DNA of 64,000 nucleotides from a virus (IMGVR_UViG_3300021255_000083:144729-208728), one strand, 5' to 3'; shown: positions 17,409-28,649, numbered from the stretch's first letter. Notes: generated by a model not told the origin, from the sequence alone. Translations and numbers: made by a program.

Positions 17409-18974
17409 TTATTTATTACCTGTTAACATATTAAATAAATCTATATCATCTTGGTCATAATCACCTGTATTAAAGTTTTCTGCTACTGCTTTTACTGTTC
17501 CTAATGGGTCAAATGACATTTTAGCAAATCTGTCTTGTGTTTCTTCCATTTTTCTATTAGCCTCTGTTAAAGCATTTACTTTAGCTTCTAATTCTCTTAT
17601 TTTTTTAGTTTCTTGTAATTTACTTTCAGTTAATTTTGTTTGTGATGTTTTATTAGCTTCAGCTAATTTAAAATTTTCAGCTTTAAGTTTTTTATTTTCA
17701 AATATAACTTTGGCACATTTATTTAATTTTTCCTGTTTAGATTTATTACTTTCAACTAGATTATTTATCTTTGTATCTTTTTCAGCTAATTGTTTATCTC
17801 TTTCAGCTAAAGCTTCTTTTAAAGCTTCTATTTCTTTATTATATGTGATTTGAGCATTCTCTACTTTTCTATTAGCTATTTGTTTAGCTCTTAATAACAT
17901 CTCTTTATGATTATTTGTTTCTGTTAACTGTTGTTTATTTAGTTTATTTATTTGTTTAAAATTTTCAGCCTTTACATCATTTAATTCTTTTTGTAATCTA
18001 GTATTCTCTTCAGATAACTTATTAACATTCTCTGTAAGACTATTTAATTCAGTCATATTACTATTATTTGAGTTTTTACTTTTTCTTAATTTGGATTTTA
18101 AAGCTGTTCTACTATCCTCTAAAAACTCATTTCTTTCTACTAGTCTAGCATTTTCTTCAGCTAATTCTGCACTTGTTTTTAAAGCCTCTTCTAATTGGGC
18201 TTTACTTTCATCAAACTTTTGTTTTAGTAGTTTTATTGCTATTGATTTATTTGCTTCTGTTAATTTAGCTGGGATTTCAGCAATATCAAATGATTTCAAT
18301 TTATTTTCAATTAATGTATTAATTTCATCTTTATTTGCAATATTAACACTTTCTACTACTGTCTTTATTTGATTTACTTGATTTTCTGTTTCACAATCAT
18401 TTATTTCCTTTTTAAGACTTTCTGTAAGTTTACTAATATGTTTACTTTCAGTTAATTCTACTCTTGCTTTAGTGTTTGCAGGTGTTACTACAACGTCGAA
18501 TGTAATAAAATCATATGTTTCAGGGTCAATTATATTCTGACCATCAACAAATATTTCTTCTCCCATACCTCTTGATGATACACCAAGTTTAGCACCACTA
18601 TCAGCTAAAGCTTTAACAATTCTTCCTGTTGGAGTATCTAATATTTCAGCTTCACCATAAATAACACCTTCTTCAGGTCTTTTTTCTAGTTTAGTAATAG
18701 ATATAGCAGCATTTTTAGCAAGTGTTTCACATCTATCTCCCTCTGGGTGGTCTAATTCACCAAATAATGTTTTTGTTTCTAATGCTTCCATAACATCTTC
18801 TGAACCAAATACTCTATTATCCCATAGTTCTTCAGAATATAATCTATCAGCATTCCTTGTACCGTGTTTATAATCAGCAAACACGCCTTTTAATTTTCCT
18901 AGTATACCTTTGTTACTACCATTTTCAAATACTGTATTTGAATTTTGTGCTTCTATAATTGTAGCTTTTCCCAT
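17409..18974 (-). CDS. Prohead protease (T4 gp21-like) fused to a coiled-coil scaffold
   Basis: RNADRLYS, GELDHP, DTPTGRIV, LGVSSRG, FDVVVTPA motifs; long heptad C-terminus with many LTE sites. Confidence 0.9.
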   Translation of the reverse strand: MGKATIIEAQNSNTVFENGSNKGILGKLKGVFADYKHGTRNADRLYSEELWDNRVFGSEDVMEALETKTLFGELDHPEGDRCETLAKNAAISITKLEKRPEEGVIYGEAEILDTPTGRIVKALADSGAKLGVSSRGMGEEIFVDGQNIIDPETYDFITFDVVVTPANTKARVELTESKHISKLTESLKKEINDCETENQVNQIKTVVESVNIANKDEINTLIENKLKSFDIAEIPAKLTEANKSIAIKLLKQKFDESKAQLEEALKTSAELAEENARLVERNEFLEDSRTALKSKLRKSKNSNNSNMTELNSLTENVNKLSEENTRLQKELNDVKAENFKQINKLNKQQLTETNNHKEMLLRAKQIANRKVENAQITYNKEIEALKEALAERDKQLAEKDTKINNLVESNKSKQEKLNKCAKVIFENKKLKAENFKLAEANKTSQTKLTESKLQETKKIRELEAKVNALTEANRKMEETQDRFAKMSFDPLGTVKAVAENFNTGDYDQDDIDLFNMLTGNK

Positions 18975-19086
18975 AATCTTATACTCCCTCTTTCTATCAT
19001 AAATAGAGATATACCATATACCTCAATAATATTTTACATAAACCTATTTTAAAAATACTGTATTTCTATAATATTTTACACAAAAA

Positions 19087-19116
19087 TAAAAAGACTATCT
19101 AAATTTGATAGTCTTT
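19087..19116 (-). terminator. Intrinsic terminator, followed by the late motif at 19070-19079 and 19028-19037
   Basis: AAAGACTATC...GATAGTCTTT hairpin plus T-run. Confidence 0.75.
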
Positions 19117-19143
19117 AAATATTAATAATCCATATGTAAGTAC

Positions 19144-22100
19144 TTATGCCTTTTGTTTTGTTAATAAAGCTTTTTTATCTTTTTCCATTTGGTTTATTTC
19201 ATCTTGTGTACTATTTATATCGTTTTGTTTTTTAGTTATATTATTTTGCATAGAAGTAACATCATTTTGTAAATCAGCAATATCATCTTTTTTATATGCT
19301 ATATTTTTATTTAATTCCTTATATTGTTTAACTTTTTTAGACCCATATGGCTCAGTTACAACTATAGATGATTTATTAGTTTTAAATCTCTTTGGTATAG
19401 ATTTACCAACAGTTGATGTAAAACCATTTGATGAATAACCTCCATCAGCTAAATCTTTTTCTGATGACATATTTTTTTGTACTTCAAAACCACTATTTGT
19501 TCTGTCATCCCAATCAGTAGGTCTCTTCTTTGTTAAATAATTATATAAGTCAGCATTTTTATCCAAGCCCATCATTTTGCCCCTATATAAATACTCATCA
19601 TTATCTTTATGGTGTATAGTACTAACTTTACCATTAGGACCATATTTATCTAAAACAAACCCTAAATCTTCTAAATCTTTAACATATTTAGTAGAACCAT
19701 TTAATGTTGTACGTATCATAGCATTTACTTTATCATTTTCTGGATTTCTTGCTTCTTTTTTTATATGTTTAGCTCTTATTTTATCAGCCACATTATTAGC
19801 TTGAATATCCCACATAGTTGCTACCATATCATTATGCTCACTTGGTTCTAATTTAGATTTACCATCTACTGTTAAATCTTTATTATACTTAGGACCCTCT
19901 CCACTATGTATTGAAGCCATATCTTTTCTAAATTTATATGTTTGTAAATCTGCATCAGGTAAATTATCATATGATACTTGGTCATATACTTGTTTTGCTT
20001 GTACCCTTTCATCACCATTATTTGCTCTATCTAAATTTCTTTTAGCTTGGTCTAATGAACGTATTTTATTTCGCTTTGTTAAATTTTTACCATAATAAGC
20101 TCTTTCCTCATCTGTATCACCTGCTGTTGTGTGAGCCTGAATATCTTGTGTTTCGATTGCTTCTGATTTTAGTGATTTAAGTTGAGCCTCTAAATCCTCA
20201 ATTTCATCTTCTAAATCTTTAGATTTATTTGTATCACCTTTATTTATTTTTTTAAGTTGCTTATATGATTTTAGTTTTGATTTTATTTGATTTTTAATTT
20301 CAGATATTTTAGTATCGTTTTTTGCTTCTTCAACTTTATTTTCCTCAGCATCATATCTGCTTTCATACCAACTATCACCCATATTCCAAGCTGGTGCATA
20401 TCTTCCAACAGTATATGCTACACTTGCATTTCTTGGTAATTGTATTCCTATACTAGTTCTTACATTAGCTAGTTGTTCTTGTTTAGCTTTGGCTCTCATA
20501 TTATATTCTATATTACGTGCTTCTACTGTATCTGCACATAATACTACTTGATAATGGTTTTTACCTTCTGCTCCTCCCCAACCAGATAACATTACATCTC
20601 TAGCTATAACACAAGGTACTCTTTTTGTATCTAAATCTTTATTATATGCTTTTTTGTATTCATCATACATATCATCTAAATCTAGTGTTGCTTCTGTTAT
20701 TTTTTTATTTTCTGTACTCCTATTAGCTATTCTTTCTCTCTCTTTGTTTACTACATCTTGTGCTGATTTTTTATATGATTGTGCTATTGGTGTATCTTCG
20801 TCACCTGTCTCCTTATAACTTTTATATCTATTCATAGCTGACTGATAATTTGTTACTGGTGTTTCAAATGTATCTGCCTTATATACATCATATTTTTTTG
20901 ACATATCAATAGTACTTGTTCTTTTTTGTCCTGTTTTGTTTCTTTTACTTCTGTATTCAGCATCTGTTGTACCATAATACTGACCACCATAATATGGATT
21001 ATTAGCAACTGCTCCTTTTGCATATCTTTTTCCTACAAATGTATTATCTAAATCTTTCTGTATATCTGTTATTTTTACTTCTTTACCATTTCTTGTAGTT
21101 GTTCTAGGTGCTACTTTTTCATTATCTTCTTTATGACTTCTTGCTTCTTCTTTTTTCTCGGCTGGTCGGTCATATCTTTTATACCAGCTATCACTCATAT
21201 TCCAAGCACGTGCATTTCTTCCTACACTGTAAGAAACACTGCCATTTCTAGGTATTTTAATTCCAAAGTCAACTCTTATATTTGCTAATCCATCACTTTT
21301 TGCTTTAATTTCCATATTAGAAGCAATATTATTAGCTTCTATGTCATCAGCACATAAAACCATTTGATAATGTGTTGTATTTTTTGCTCTACCCCAACCT
21401 GATAACATTTTATCTCTTGCTATTACACAAGGTACGGTTTTAATATCTAAATCTTTATGATATGCTTCTTTATATTCGTCATACATATCATCTAAATCTA
21501 CTGTTGCTTCTGTCTTTAATTGTTTACTTTCTATATTTTTATTCATTGCTTTATTATATATTCTTGTAGCTCGTCTTTTATCATTTGTAATATCCTTTTT
21601 TATTCCATCAACATTTAAATTTGGATTTTTTTCTGGATTTTTATAATGATTATCTAAAACTTGTTGATTTGCTTTAATATGTTTTTTCAAGTCCCTATAT
21701 TCCCTACTTGTTTTATTCATATCATATTCATCAGCAAAACCTGTTTTTTCAAAATTCATCATATCATCTGTACCTGCAAAATCTAACTCACCTACATTTT
21801 CTCTATTCTGTGCTTGCTGTCTACTTCTTACTCTATATCTTTTAGGTTCAGCATTATGTGCATATTCAAGATTGTATTTATATGTTATTTCATCGGGACT
21901 AGTATAATTCGGACTACCCCTTTCAAATGATGGTCGTCTATCCCTAGGTGCCACTTTATTATTTATTTCCGGCTCTCTTCTTGCTTCTTCTTTTACTTCA
22001 CTATTTTCATAATTTTCTAATACAATATTACCTTCATCAAGTGCTTCTTTTATTTCCTTATATTGATTTATTAACCATTGAATATCATCATCAGATACAC

Positions 22101-22488
22101 CTTCTGGTGATACTGTTATATCTGTATCCCAAACATCTCCTGTTTTATCATCATAAGGAGCTACTAACCAATCATAATCTGTTTTCATATATTCGTGATT
22201 TCCTTTAATTCCTATGTTTATACGAAATGTTAAATCTTCTTTTGGTTTTATTCCATCATCGGCTGGGTCATATCCATCAGACCAACCACAAAATATAGAC
22301 AAATCATTATCTAATTTATATTCACAACACCCTTCATCTTGTTCTACTAACCACTTAACAGATTTTTCTGCCCAATTTTTAATCCTATTAACATCCAAAA
22401 CTTTATCATTAACTTCTTCATTTTTTAAGTTTTTGTTTTCTTGCATTCCATTTAATATGGCTTTTTTTGTAGCTTCAATTAAATTCAT
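19144..22488 (-). CDS. Large modular putative internal head polyprotein
   Basis: MNLIEATKKAIL N-terminus; internal duplicated module; modules bounded by Lys-rich xxE-A sites. Confidence 0.7.
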   Translation of the reverse strand: MNLIEATKKAILNGMQENKNLKNEEVNDKVLDVNRIKNWAEKSVKWLVEQDEGCCEYKLDNDLSIFCGWSDGYDPADDGIKPKEDLTFRINIGIKGNHEYMKTDYDWLVAPYDDKTGDVWDTDITVSPEGVSDDDIQWLINQYKEIKEALDEGNIVLENYENSEVKEEARREPEINNKVAPRDRRPSFERGSPNYTSPDEITYKYNLEYAHNAEPKRYRVRSRQQAQNRENVGELDFAGTDDMMNFEKTGFADEYDMNKTSREYRDLKKHIKANQQVLDNHYKNPEKNPNLNVDGIKKDITNDKRRATRIYNKAMNKNIESKQLKTEATVDLDDMYDEYKEAYHKDLDIKTVPCVIARDKMLSGWGRAKNTTHYQMVLCADDIEANNIASNMEIKAKSDGLANIRVDFGIKIPRNGSVSYSVGRNARAWNMSDSWYKRYDRPAEKKEEARSHKEDNEKVAPRTTTRNGKEVKITDIQKDLDNTFVGKRYAKGAVANNPYYGGQYYGTTDAEYRSKRNKTGQKRTSTIDMSKKYDVYKADTFETPVTNYQSAMNRYKSYKETGDEDTPIAQSYKKSAQDVVNKERERIANRSTENKKITEATLDLDDMYDEYKKAYNKDLDTKRVPCVIARDVMLSGWGGAEGKNHYQVVLCADTVEARNIEYNMRAKAKQEQLANVRTSIGIQLPRNASVAYTVGRYAPAWNMGDSWYESRYDAEENKVEEAKNDTKISEIKNQIKSKLKSYKQLKKINKGDTNKSKDLEDEIEDLEAQLKSLKSEAIETQDIQAHTTAGDTDEERAYYGKNLTKRNKIRSLDQAKRNLDRANNGDERVQAKQVYDQVSYDNLPDADLQTYKFRKDMASIHSGEGPKYNKDLTVDGKSKLEPSEHNDMVATMWDIQANNVADKIRAKHIKKEARNPENDKVNAMIRTTLNGSTKYVKDLEDLGFVLDKYGPNGKVSTIHHKDNDEYLYRGKMMGLDKNADLYNYLTKKRPTDWDDRTNSGFEVQKNMSSEKDLADGGYSSNGFTSTVGKSIPKRFKTNKSSIVVTEPYGSKKVKQYKELNKNIAYKKDDIADLQNDVTSMQNNITKKQNDINSTQDEINQMEKDKKALLTKQKA

Positions 22489-22490
22489 CT

Positions 22491-22886
22491 CTATCCCTCC
22501 ATATTAATATATTCTTCAATCATATCCTTTGTCTCTTGACTTACATCTATATTATTAAGCTCTGACCAGTTATCTATTATATGTTCAACAATATCATCAA
22601 CATAACCCTCTAATTCATCTTGTATATAATTAGTGGTTTCCAAGTTTCCATATGCATTAATTTTAACATATTCATCTGTATAATTGTATTCCCCATAACA
22701 TACAGCTCTTACTGCATCCATTATAGCAGTGCCAAAAAATGTTTCAAAAAATTCTTCGTCATTATCCCACCATTGCATATCATCAAAATAGCCATCATAT
22801 GAATTAATGTCCATAACAATACTTCTTAAATCTTCATTTTCAATAAATGCTTGTTTAATATTGTCTAATAATTCTTCTTTATTCAT
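22491..22886 (-). CDS. Acidic hypothetical protein
   Basis: ORF track; GGAGG SD. Confidence 0.75.
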   Translation of the reverse strand: MNKEELLDNIKQAFIENEDLRSIVMDINSYDGYFDDMQWWDNDEEFFETFFGTAIMDAVRAVCYGEYNYTDEYVKINAYGNLETTNYIQDELEGYVDDIVEHIIDNWSELNNIDVSQETKDMIEEYINMEG

Positions 22887-22946
22887 AATAAACCTCCCAA
22901 TTAAAAAATATCTCTGATAATATTTTACTATCAGAGATATATTATT

Positions 22947-25094
22947 TTATTCATCTATATTTGCTACTTCTATATTCCATATACCCTGAGCTGTATATAA
23001 TAATTTACCTATATATCCACCTGCATTATCCTCATCAAAATTATATACTTTAAATATCTTATGAGGAATTACTGTTTGTACTTCTAAATTATTTTGTTTT
23101 GTGTATTGCATAAACTTTTCATTATCTTCATTTAGGTCAGCACCTTTTAACTTATTGTTTGTTAAAAATCTTTGTAATTCTCTCATACATTTTTCAGCAA
23201 ACTGGTTCAAATCCACATCTTCCTCCAGACATTCAGATTTTGGTACATCTATCACGCATATAGGATATTCAACTATATTTGATTTACCTTGTTTACTAAA
23301 ATTTATTCCTGTATCTGTTGTTTCTATCAACTTACACTCAAATGCAAATGCTAATCTATTACTTCCATTTTTAAATCTAGAGCCAAACATATCTGTTATT
23401 TTCTCATCAAAAGTCATATTCTTTTCTTGATTTTTAAACTGACTATCTTCAGTACCATCAGCTTTAATAAATCCGAAATAGTTACTATCTTTCCATATAA
23501 TACTTTCTTGATTTAATTTATTTGCTATGTATAAAGCCCTATCTTTTGGTATATTGTATATTATATAACTATTTTCAATCCCCTGCTCACCATTTTCATA
23601 TGTGTATGTTCCTTCCAATTTATTATATCCAACATTGCTATATTGTCTTTGAGCTTTACCTATTTCAGATTTTAGCTCATCACTTCTATCTTGTTTAGTA
23701 TCTTGGTCTTGACTTCCTATAATTGCAAAAGTATCTTTATTTTTTGTATGTTGATATAACCTTGATAAGTTTTGAGTTTCTTCTATTTTACTTTCCTGAA
23801 TTTTTTCATCTTTTTTATCATTACTAATTTTTACTTTATATGTATTATTAACTGGGTCGTATTTTATATCGTCAATTTCAGGTCTATTTAATAACATAGT
23901 TTTAAATTCAGCTGTAGCTTCTTTAGTTATACCTAGTTCATCAAGTTTAAATTCATAATAACCATCTTCAGTTTTTTCTTTTGCTGTTTTTAAAAAATCT
24001 TCAAATGCATTCTCTACTGTATAAAATTTAGATACTGCTTCTGTTTTTAAATCAAAACCTAACATATCTGACAACTCTTGTGACCACTCTGATATACCAC
24101 CATCATATTCTAATATTTCTTTCACATAGTCATTTACACTAATTAATGGAGCTACTCCATCACCAACCTCATCATATAGTAACTGCATTGCTTGTACAAA
24201 CTCATCTATCGTACCTATATATGCATTTATATATGCTTTTTGTTCGGCTGTTAAATATTCATTAAATGTTTCTACATTTAAATCATCATATATTACAGGC
24301 TCTTCTGTAAATTCATTTGATGGAAATTCAGGATAATTATCTGATTTACTTTCACCTAATAAATTATCTAATTTATCATTTAATTCATCTTGCTTTGCTT
24401 GTATCTCATCAACAGCATCTATGCTATTTTGTATATCTTGTTTAACTTTATTTGGATTATCTAATACATCCTTTTTTAATTCAGCGTTATCATTCATATC
24501 TTCTGTCAATATTGTAGGTATATAATTATCTTGTATTAAACTTTTACATTCTCTAGTTAATGTTAATTTTGCAAATGGAAATGAATTTGTTAAATTATCA
24601 TTGTGATAATGTTCTACTACACCATCATCTGTCATTTTAAATAAATGTTTATCAGTATCCTTATTAAAATATAATTTACCCTCATTTACTAAAACTTTAT
24701 CATAATCAATTATATTTTTGTTTTCTGTTATAATATCCACATTAATATCCCCCTTATTTATATTGAGACTGTCTGTAGCGACATTTTTATTTAAAGCTAA
24801 TATAAATTCATTAACATCTTTAATTAAAGCTTTAGATGTTATTTTTGCATCACTATCTACCAATGATATACCAAATTTAAAATATAATGTATTATCTAAT
24901 TTCAAAATAACTTTTCCATATACTCTACCTAGAGCTACCTCTTTAAAATATATTTTTAAAAAATCTTCATTCTTTAGAAGATTTACGATTTCTGAAATTA
25001 CTGTTTCGTGGATAGCTTTTACAGGTATTGTGGCTTCTAATATATAATCATATTCAACATTTTTATTTTTGTACATATCATATGGTTGTTCCAT
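22947..25094 (-). CDS. Large modular hypothetical protein, putative virion-internal
   Basis: ORF track; likely start MEQPYD; LTE/KTE/IEE linker sites. Confidence 0.7.
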   Translation of the reverse strand: MEQPYDMYKNKNVEYDYILEATIPVKAIHETVISEIVNLLKNEDFLKIYFKEVALGRVYGKVILKLDNTLYFKFGISLVDSDAKITSKALIKDVNEFILALNKNVATDSLNINKGDINVDIITENKNIIDYDKVLVNEGKLYFNKDTDKHLFKMTDDGVVEHYHNDNLTNSFPFAKLTLTRECKSLIQDNYIPTILTEDMNDNAELKKDVLDNPNKVKQDIQNSIDAVDEIQAKQDELNDKLDNLLGESKSDNYPEFPSNEFTEEPVIYDDLNVETFNEYLTAEQKAYINAYIGTIDEFVQAMQLLYDEVGDGVAPLISVNDYVKEILEYDGGISEWSQELSDMLGFDLKTEAVSKFYTVENAFEDFLKTAKEKTEDGYYEFKLDELGITKEATAEFKTMLLNRPEIDDIKYDPVNNTYKVKISNDKKDEKIQESKIEETQNLSRLYQHTKNKDTFAIIGSQDQDTKQDRSDELKSEIGKAQRQYSNVGYNKLEGTYTYENGEQGIENSYIIYNIPKDRALYIANKLNQESIIWKDSNYFGFIKADGTEDSQFKNQEKNMTFDEKITDMFGSRFKNGSNRLAFAFECKLIETTDTGINFSKQGKSNIVEYPICVIDVPKSECLEEDVDLNQFAEKCMRELQRFLTNNKLKGADLNEDNEKFMQYTKQNNLEVQTVIPHKIFKVYNFDEDNAGGYIGKLLYTAQGIWNIEVANIDE

Positions 25095-25273
25095 TATATT
25101 ACCCCCATTATTCTTCTTCAATAATAATCATATCTCCAGAATAAACTATCTCATCTTTTAATACTGATATTAAAGCTTCATTTTCATTATCAGCTTCAAT
25201 TACTTGATTATACAATTCAGCTCCAACTTCATTATTTATAATTATTCTAAATAATCGCATATTTTACCCTCCT

Positions 25274-25756
25274 TTAAATACTTTCTAAAGCATTTTGTAA
25301 TTGATATGTCACTTCTTCATAAGCTATCCATACAATCCAGTTTTTAGCTGTATCACAATTTAATATTATTTCTGTAGTATTAACGTGTGCTTTTAAACTA
25401 TCTAAAAAGAAATCTGGGTCATAACTATCTATTAAATCGTAAATATCATCTGCATACTCATTAAATGCTGCTACAGTATCACTATAATATACTAAACTAC
25501 CAACTGTTCCTGAAACACATCCGTGTTCTAATATTTCATTACATCTTGCCAATATTTTATCTTTTTCAGTCTCCCCATCATAGCTATCGCTATCCTTTAT
25601 AATATCATCTATAACAAATTCATAAAACTTACTAACAGATTTTAATTCTTCAAGTTTTTCTTGAAATTCATCAGTATCTTCATCTTGCATTTCATCAAAA
25701 TCATCTTCAGCTTCCTTAATTATAGCTTCTTCTAATTCTTCATAATTATCATTCAT
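25274..25756 (-). CDS. Acidic hypothetical protein
   Basis: GGAGG SD before MNDNYE; own sigma-A-type promoter at 25777-25805. Confidence 0.75.
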   Translation of the reverse strand: MNDNYEELEEAIIKEAEDDFDEMQDEDTDEFQEKLEELKSVSKFYEFVIDDIIKDSDSYDGETEKDKILARCNEILEHGCVSGTVGSLVYYSDTVAAFNEYADDIYDLIDSYDPDFFLDSLKAHVNTTEIILNCDTAKNWIVWIAYEEVTYQLQNALESI

Positions 25757-25776
25757 AATAATTACCTCCATCTAAA

Positions 25777-25805
25777 ATTATACCACTATTTTTAAAACTT
25801 GTAAA
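25777..25805 (-). promoter_or_regulatory. Sigma-A-type promoter
   Basis: TTTACA-17-TATAAT, extended TG. Confidence 0.75.
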
Positions 25806-25809
25806 TATA

Positions 25810-26493
25810 TTATAAACTTAAATCTGCACTTTTTAGTTCATAGTATCTGTCTTTTAAGTCACCTAATATATTCATATTTCTTAATTCTTTAAAAACTAAG
25901 TTTCCAACAGATGCTTCACCATCTTCTGCTAAACCTAACTTACGCATCATATAAATCTCATTTATAAAATCTAGTATACCTTGTTCGTCAGTTCCAGCTA
26001 TTAAATTAGAAGCATTTTCCAACCAAGTATTTAATGTGTCAGTAATGTCTGGAATTTCATATGTAATAGGTTTTGGAAACATTACCCATTCATTTTTTAA
26101 TATTGAAAATCTACCATTAGTTGCATTACCATCTTTAACATCTTCTATATATAATTCTACTGGAATACCATCTATTGATAAATCATAATTATCATTAAAT
26201 GAACCCTTTTTAGAGTTATAAAATAATCTTAATATCTCCTTATCCACATAGTTAACTTCACTGTTAACTATAACGTGTAAGTCTATATCACTATTTTCAT
26301 TATAGTTATAGCTAGCATTTGAACCAACTATTTCTACATCAACTATGTTAAGTGGTATATCTATAAATCTAATAAATTCTTCATATATATCTACCATTTT
26401 ATCATATACTTCAGGTCTTAGATTATTATTTTCATCCCATAGTTTTGGATTTAATATATCGTGAACTTCAATAGCTTCTTGCAATTTAGTCAT
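25810..26493 (-). CDS. Pol-beta-superfamily nucleotidyltransferase
   Basis: IVGSNASYNY..NSDIDLH (GS...DxD) and VELY third acidic residue. Confidence 0.85.
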   Translation of the reverse strand: MTKLQEAIEVHDILNPKLWDENNNLRPEVYDKMVDIYEEFIRFIDIPLNIVDVEIVGSNASYNYNENSDIDLHVIVNSEVNYVDKEILRLFYNSKKGSFNDNYDLSIDGIPVELYIEDVKDGNATNGRFSILKNEWVMFPKPITYEIPDITDTLNTWLENASNLIAGTDEQGILDFINEIYMMRKLGLAEDGEASVGNLVFKELRNMNILGDLKDRYYELKSADLSL

Positions 26494-26517
26494 TTAACTT
26501 ACCTCCGGTTTATTATT

Positions 26518-26772
26518 TTATTTTCTTTTATTTCTTTTTACTGTAACAGGTGTTTCTTCTTCGGTTACAGTATTTATTGGTTCTTGAACAGGTACAAATT
26601 TATCATATATAAATGACTTTGCTACACCTGATGATACATATGCAGCAATCGTATTAAGTGCCCCCTTTGATAAATTGTCCATAGGAAAATCCTTTATTAG
26701 TTTTGCTTTAATAACCACATCCTCAACTGTTATATTATTATTTGATAAATTAATAACTCTAAGTATTTTCAT
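26518..26772 (-). CDS. Hypothetical protein
   Basis: ORF track; AGGAGG SD. Confidence 0.65.
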   Translation of the reverse strand: MKILRVINLSNNNITVEDVVIKAKLIKDFPMDNLSKGALNTIAAYVSSGVAKSFIYDKFVPVQEPINTVTEEETPVTVKRNKRK

Positions 26773-27532
26773 TCTTTTTACCTCCTAAATCTACTCTTTT
26801 AATTAGTAACTCATTATTACTTATAAGTTCTAAATCATTTTTATTTAAATTATCAAGTCCATAGCTAAATGTTAAATTAGGTTTTATTGCAACCTTATTT
26901 TGCCAATTAGCTCTCCATAAATAAGCATCATCGGTATAAAATGTTAAATCTTGTCTAAAATATGTTCCTCTATTTTGTTGATTTGCTATATCACTATTAT
27001 CTTCTATTCCACTATTAAAATAAATATTGAACTTATGTGCTATGTTTAAACCGTGTCCAACATATACCATTAATGATGGTCTTAAATGATAATAGAATAA
27101 CAACTCTCTTATAATAGCATCATTTGTAACTCTATCCTCTGTCCAAACACTTAAACGATAATTAATTGTTATTGGTATTACTTGTGCTCTTATTTCAACA
27201 GGTAAATTATCAGGTCCTCGTCTTACATAAACTTCTTCACCTATAAATGTTTGAAATCCTTGTCTGTCAAGATTTAATTGCCAATCCAATCTTTCTAAAC
27301 TGATAAAAGGCATTATAATTTGGTCATCATTCATTTGACCAAGTATACTAAACATTTGGTCAGCGGGTCCTATCTGAACTGTATCATTGACTTTACTATC
27401 CTTGATTTCAGGATTACTAAAACGAGCTTTAAAATCTTCTACTATTGCTCTATCATAAGCATATACTGAAACATCTTGCTCGTGTATTGGTTGTTCTACT
27501 TGATTTCTATTGATATTTTCTTTAGACATCAT
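26759..27532 (-). CDS. Putative tail terminator/completion protein (T4 gp15-like)
   Basis: MPFISLER...PITINYRLSVWT...D..IIREL pattern; structural context. Confidence 0.55.
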   Translation of the reverse strand: MMSKENINRNQVEQPIHEQDVSVYAYDRAIVEDFKARFSNPEIKDSKVNDTVQIGPADQMFSILGQMNDDQIIMPFISLERLDWQLNLDRQGFQTFIGEEVYVRRGPDNLPVEIRAQVIPITINYRLSVWTEDRVTNDAIIRELLFYYHLRPSLMVYVGHGLNIAHKFNIYFNSGIEDNSDIANQQNRGTYFRQDLTFYTDDAYLWRANWQNKVAIKPNLTFSYGLDNLNKNDLELISNNELLIKRVDLGGKKNENT

Positions 27533-27548
27533 CTACCTCCATCCTAGT

Positions 27549-28037
27549 TTATTTTGCTATAATTTTAGCACTTGACATACCTCCAAAATAACTAAAATTA
27601 TAAAACTGCCATAATGTCATTAATTTATTATGATTAAAGTTATTCTCTATTTTTGTAAAAATACCTGTAGCTCTATTATTTATATCCCCATAATTAAGAA
27701 ATCTTATAAATCTATCTATAGTGGTGGATGAATTAGGTATTAATACTGTTTGGTCTATTTCAATCTTCCATAAATTATCTTTATAAGGTACAGCTCTAAA
27801 ACTGTCTGCTATAGCTTGCATTAAATCTTGTACCGAAGTATCATATTTTTTAGAACCATACCAATTTATCCACTGTGCTTCTTCAATCATATATTTTAAT
27901 CTTAAACCAATTTTCTTTCGATTTATTTTTGTATTTATAGTTTCTAATATTCTTTGTATAATAAACTTACCAAAATCTGCCATAATATCTTTATCTTCTT
28001 CATCAATATTAGTAAACTGATATTGTAATATCATCAT
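27549..28037 (-). CDS. Hypothetical protein in the neck/tail region
   Basis: ORF track; context. Confidence 0.65.
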   Translation of the reverse strand: MMILQYQFTNIDEEDKDIMADFGKFIIQRILETINTKINRKKIGLRLKYMIEEAQWINWYGSKKYDTSVQDLMQAIADSFRAVPYKDNLWKIEIDQTVLIPNSSTTIDRFIRFLNYGDINNRATGIFTKIENNFNHNKLMTLWQFYNFSYFGGMSSAKIIAK

Positions 28038-28043
28038 AGGCTA

Positions 28044-28649
28044 TCAACCACTATATGGACTTTGTTTATCATTTATTATAGAATATTTATTTTCCCACTC
28101 TTTATGTTGTTTTGGTGTATTATCTATATCGTGTTCGCCTGTTATATACACATAAGGTTGGTCTTTTGAAGTACGTTTACTTTCTTTTTGATTTAGTTTC
28201 TCAGTATTAACTAAAGTATATTGATTTTTCTGTTTATATTGGTCAAATACAGGTACTATTGCACAAGTATATGCATCAGGAAACTCTAAATCACTTACTA
28301 TTTTTGTTACTTTAAATACTCTTGGTCTTGGTGTACCGTCTACACTTTCTATTGTCATTCTAGCCCCTACAGTTAATTTAGGTGTATTATATGGTACATT
28401 TACTACTATTGGTTGTTGTGTATTTAACTCAGATGTCCAGCCTAATGTATTCAAAGTATCTACAGATGGATTTTCATCAAATAATACATCAAGTCTTATT
28501 GGCATTGATAATTTACTATTATCTTCACTGTGTATTGTCATTATTTTTTCAACTACATACTGATAACCAACAGATTGACCTATAAGTTTTACCATTTCAC
28601 TAAAATATTGTCTAAATATTTTAGTATCTTGGCGTGTTAAAAGTCCCAT
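28044..28649 (-). CDS. Putative neck/head-closure protein
   Basis: Beta-rich, position next to the tail-terminator-like gene. Confidence 0.45.
   Translation of the reverse strand: MGLLTRQDTKIFRQYFSEMVKLIGQSVGYQYVVEKIMTIHSEDNSKLSMPIRLDVLFDENPSVDTLNTLGWTSELNTQQPIVVNVPYNTPKLTVGARMTIESVDGTPRPRVFKVTKIVSDLEFPDAYTCAIVPVFDQYKQKNQYTLVNTEKLNQKESKRTSKDQPYVYITGEHDIDNTPKQHKEWENKYSIINDKQSPYSG

Noticed and set aside
17409-18974. AGG as a second shifting codon
   Set aside because: An in-frame AGG (T-R-N-A-D-R, near 18855) lies in the uninterrupted protease gene, so AGG appears to be read normally.
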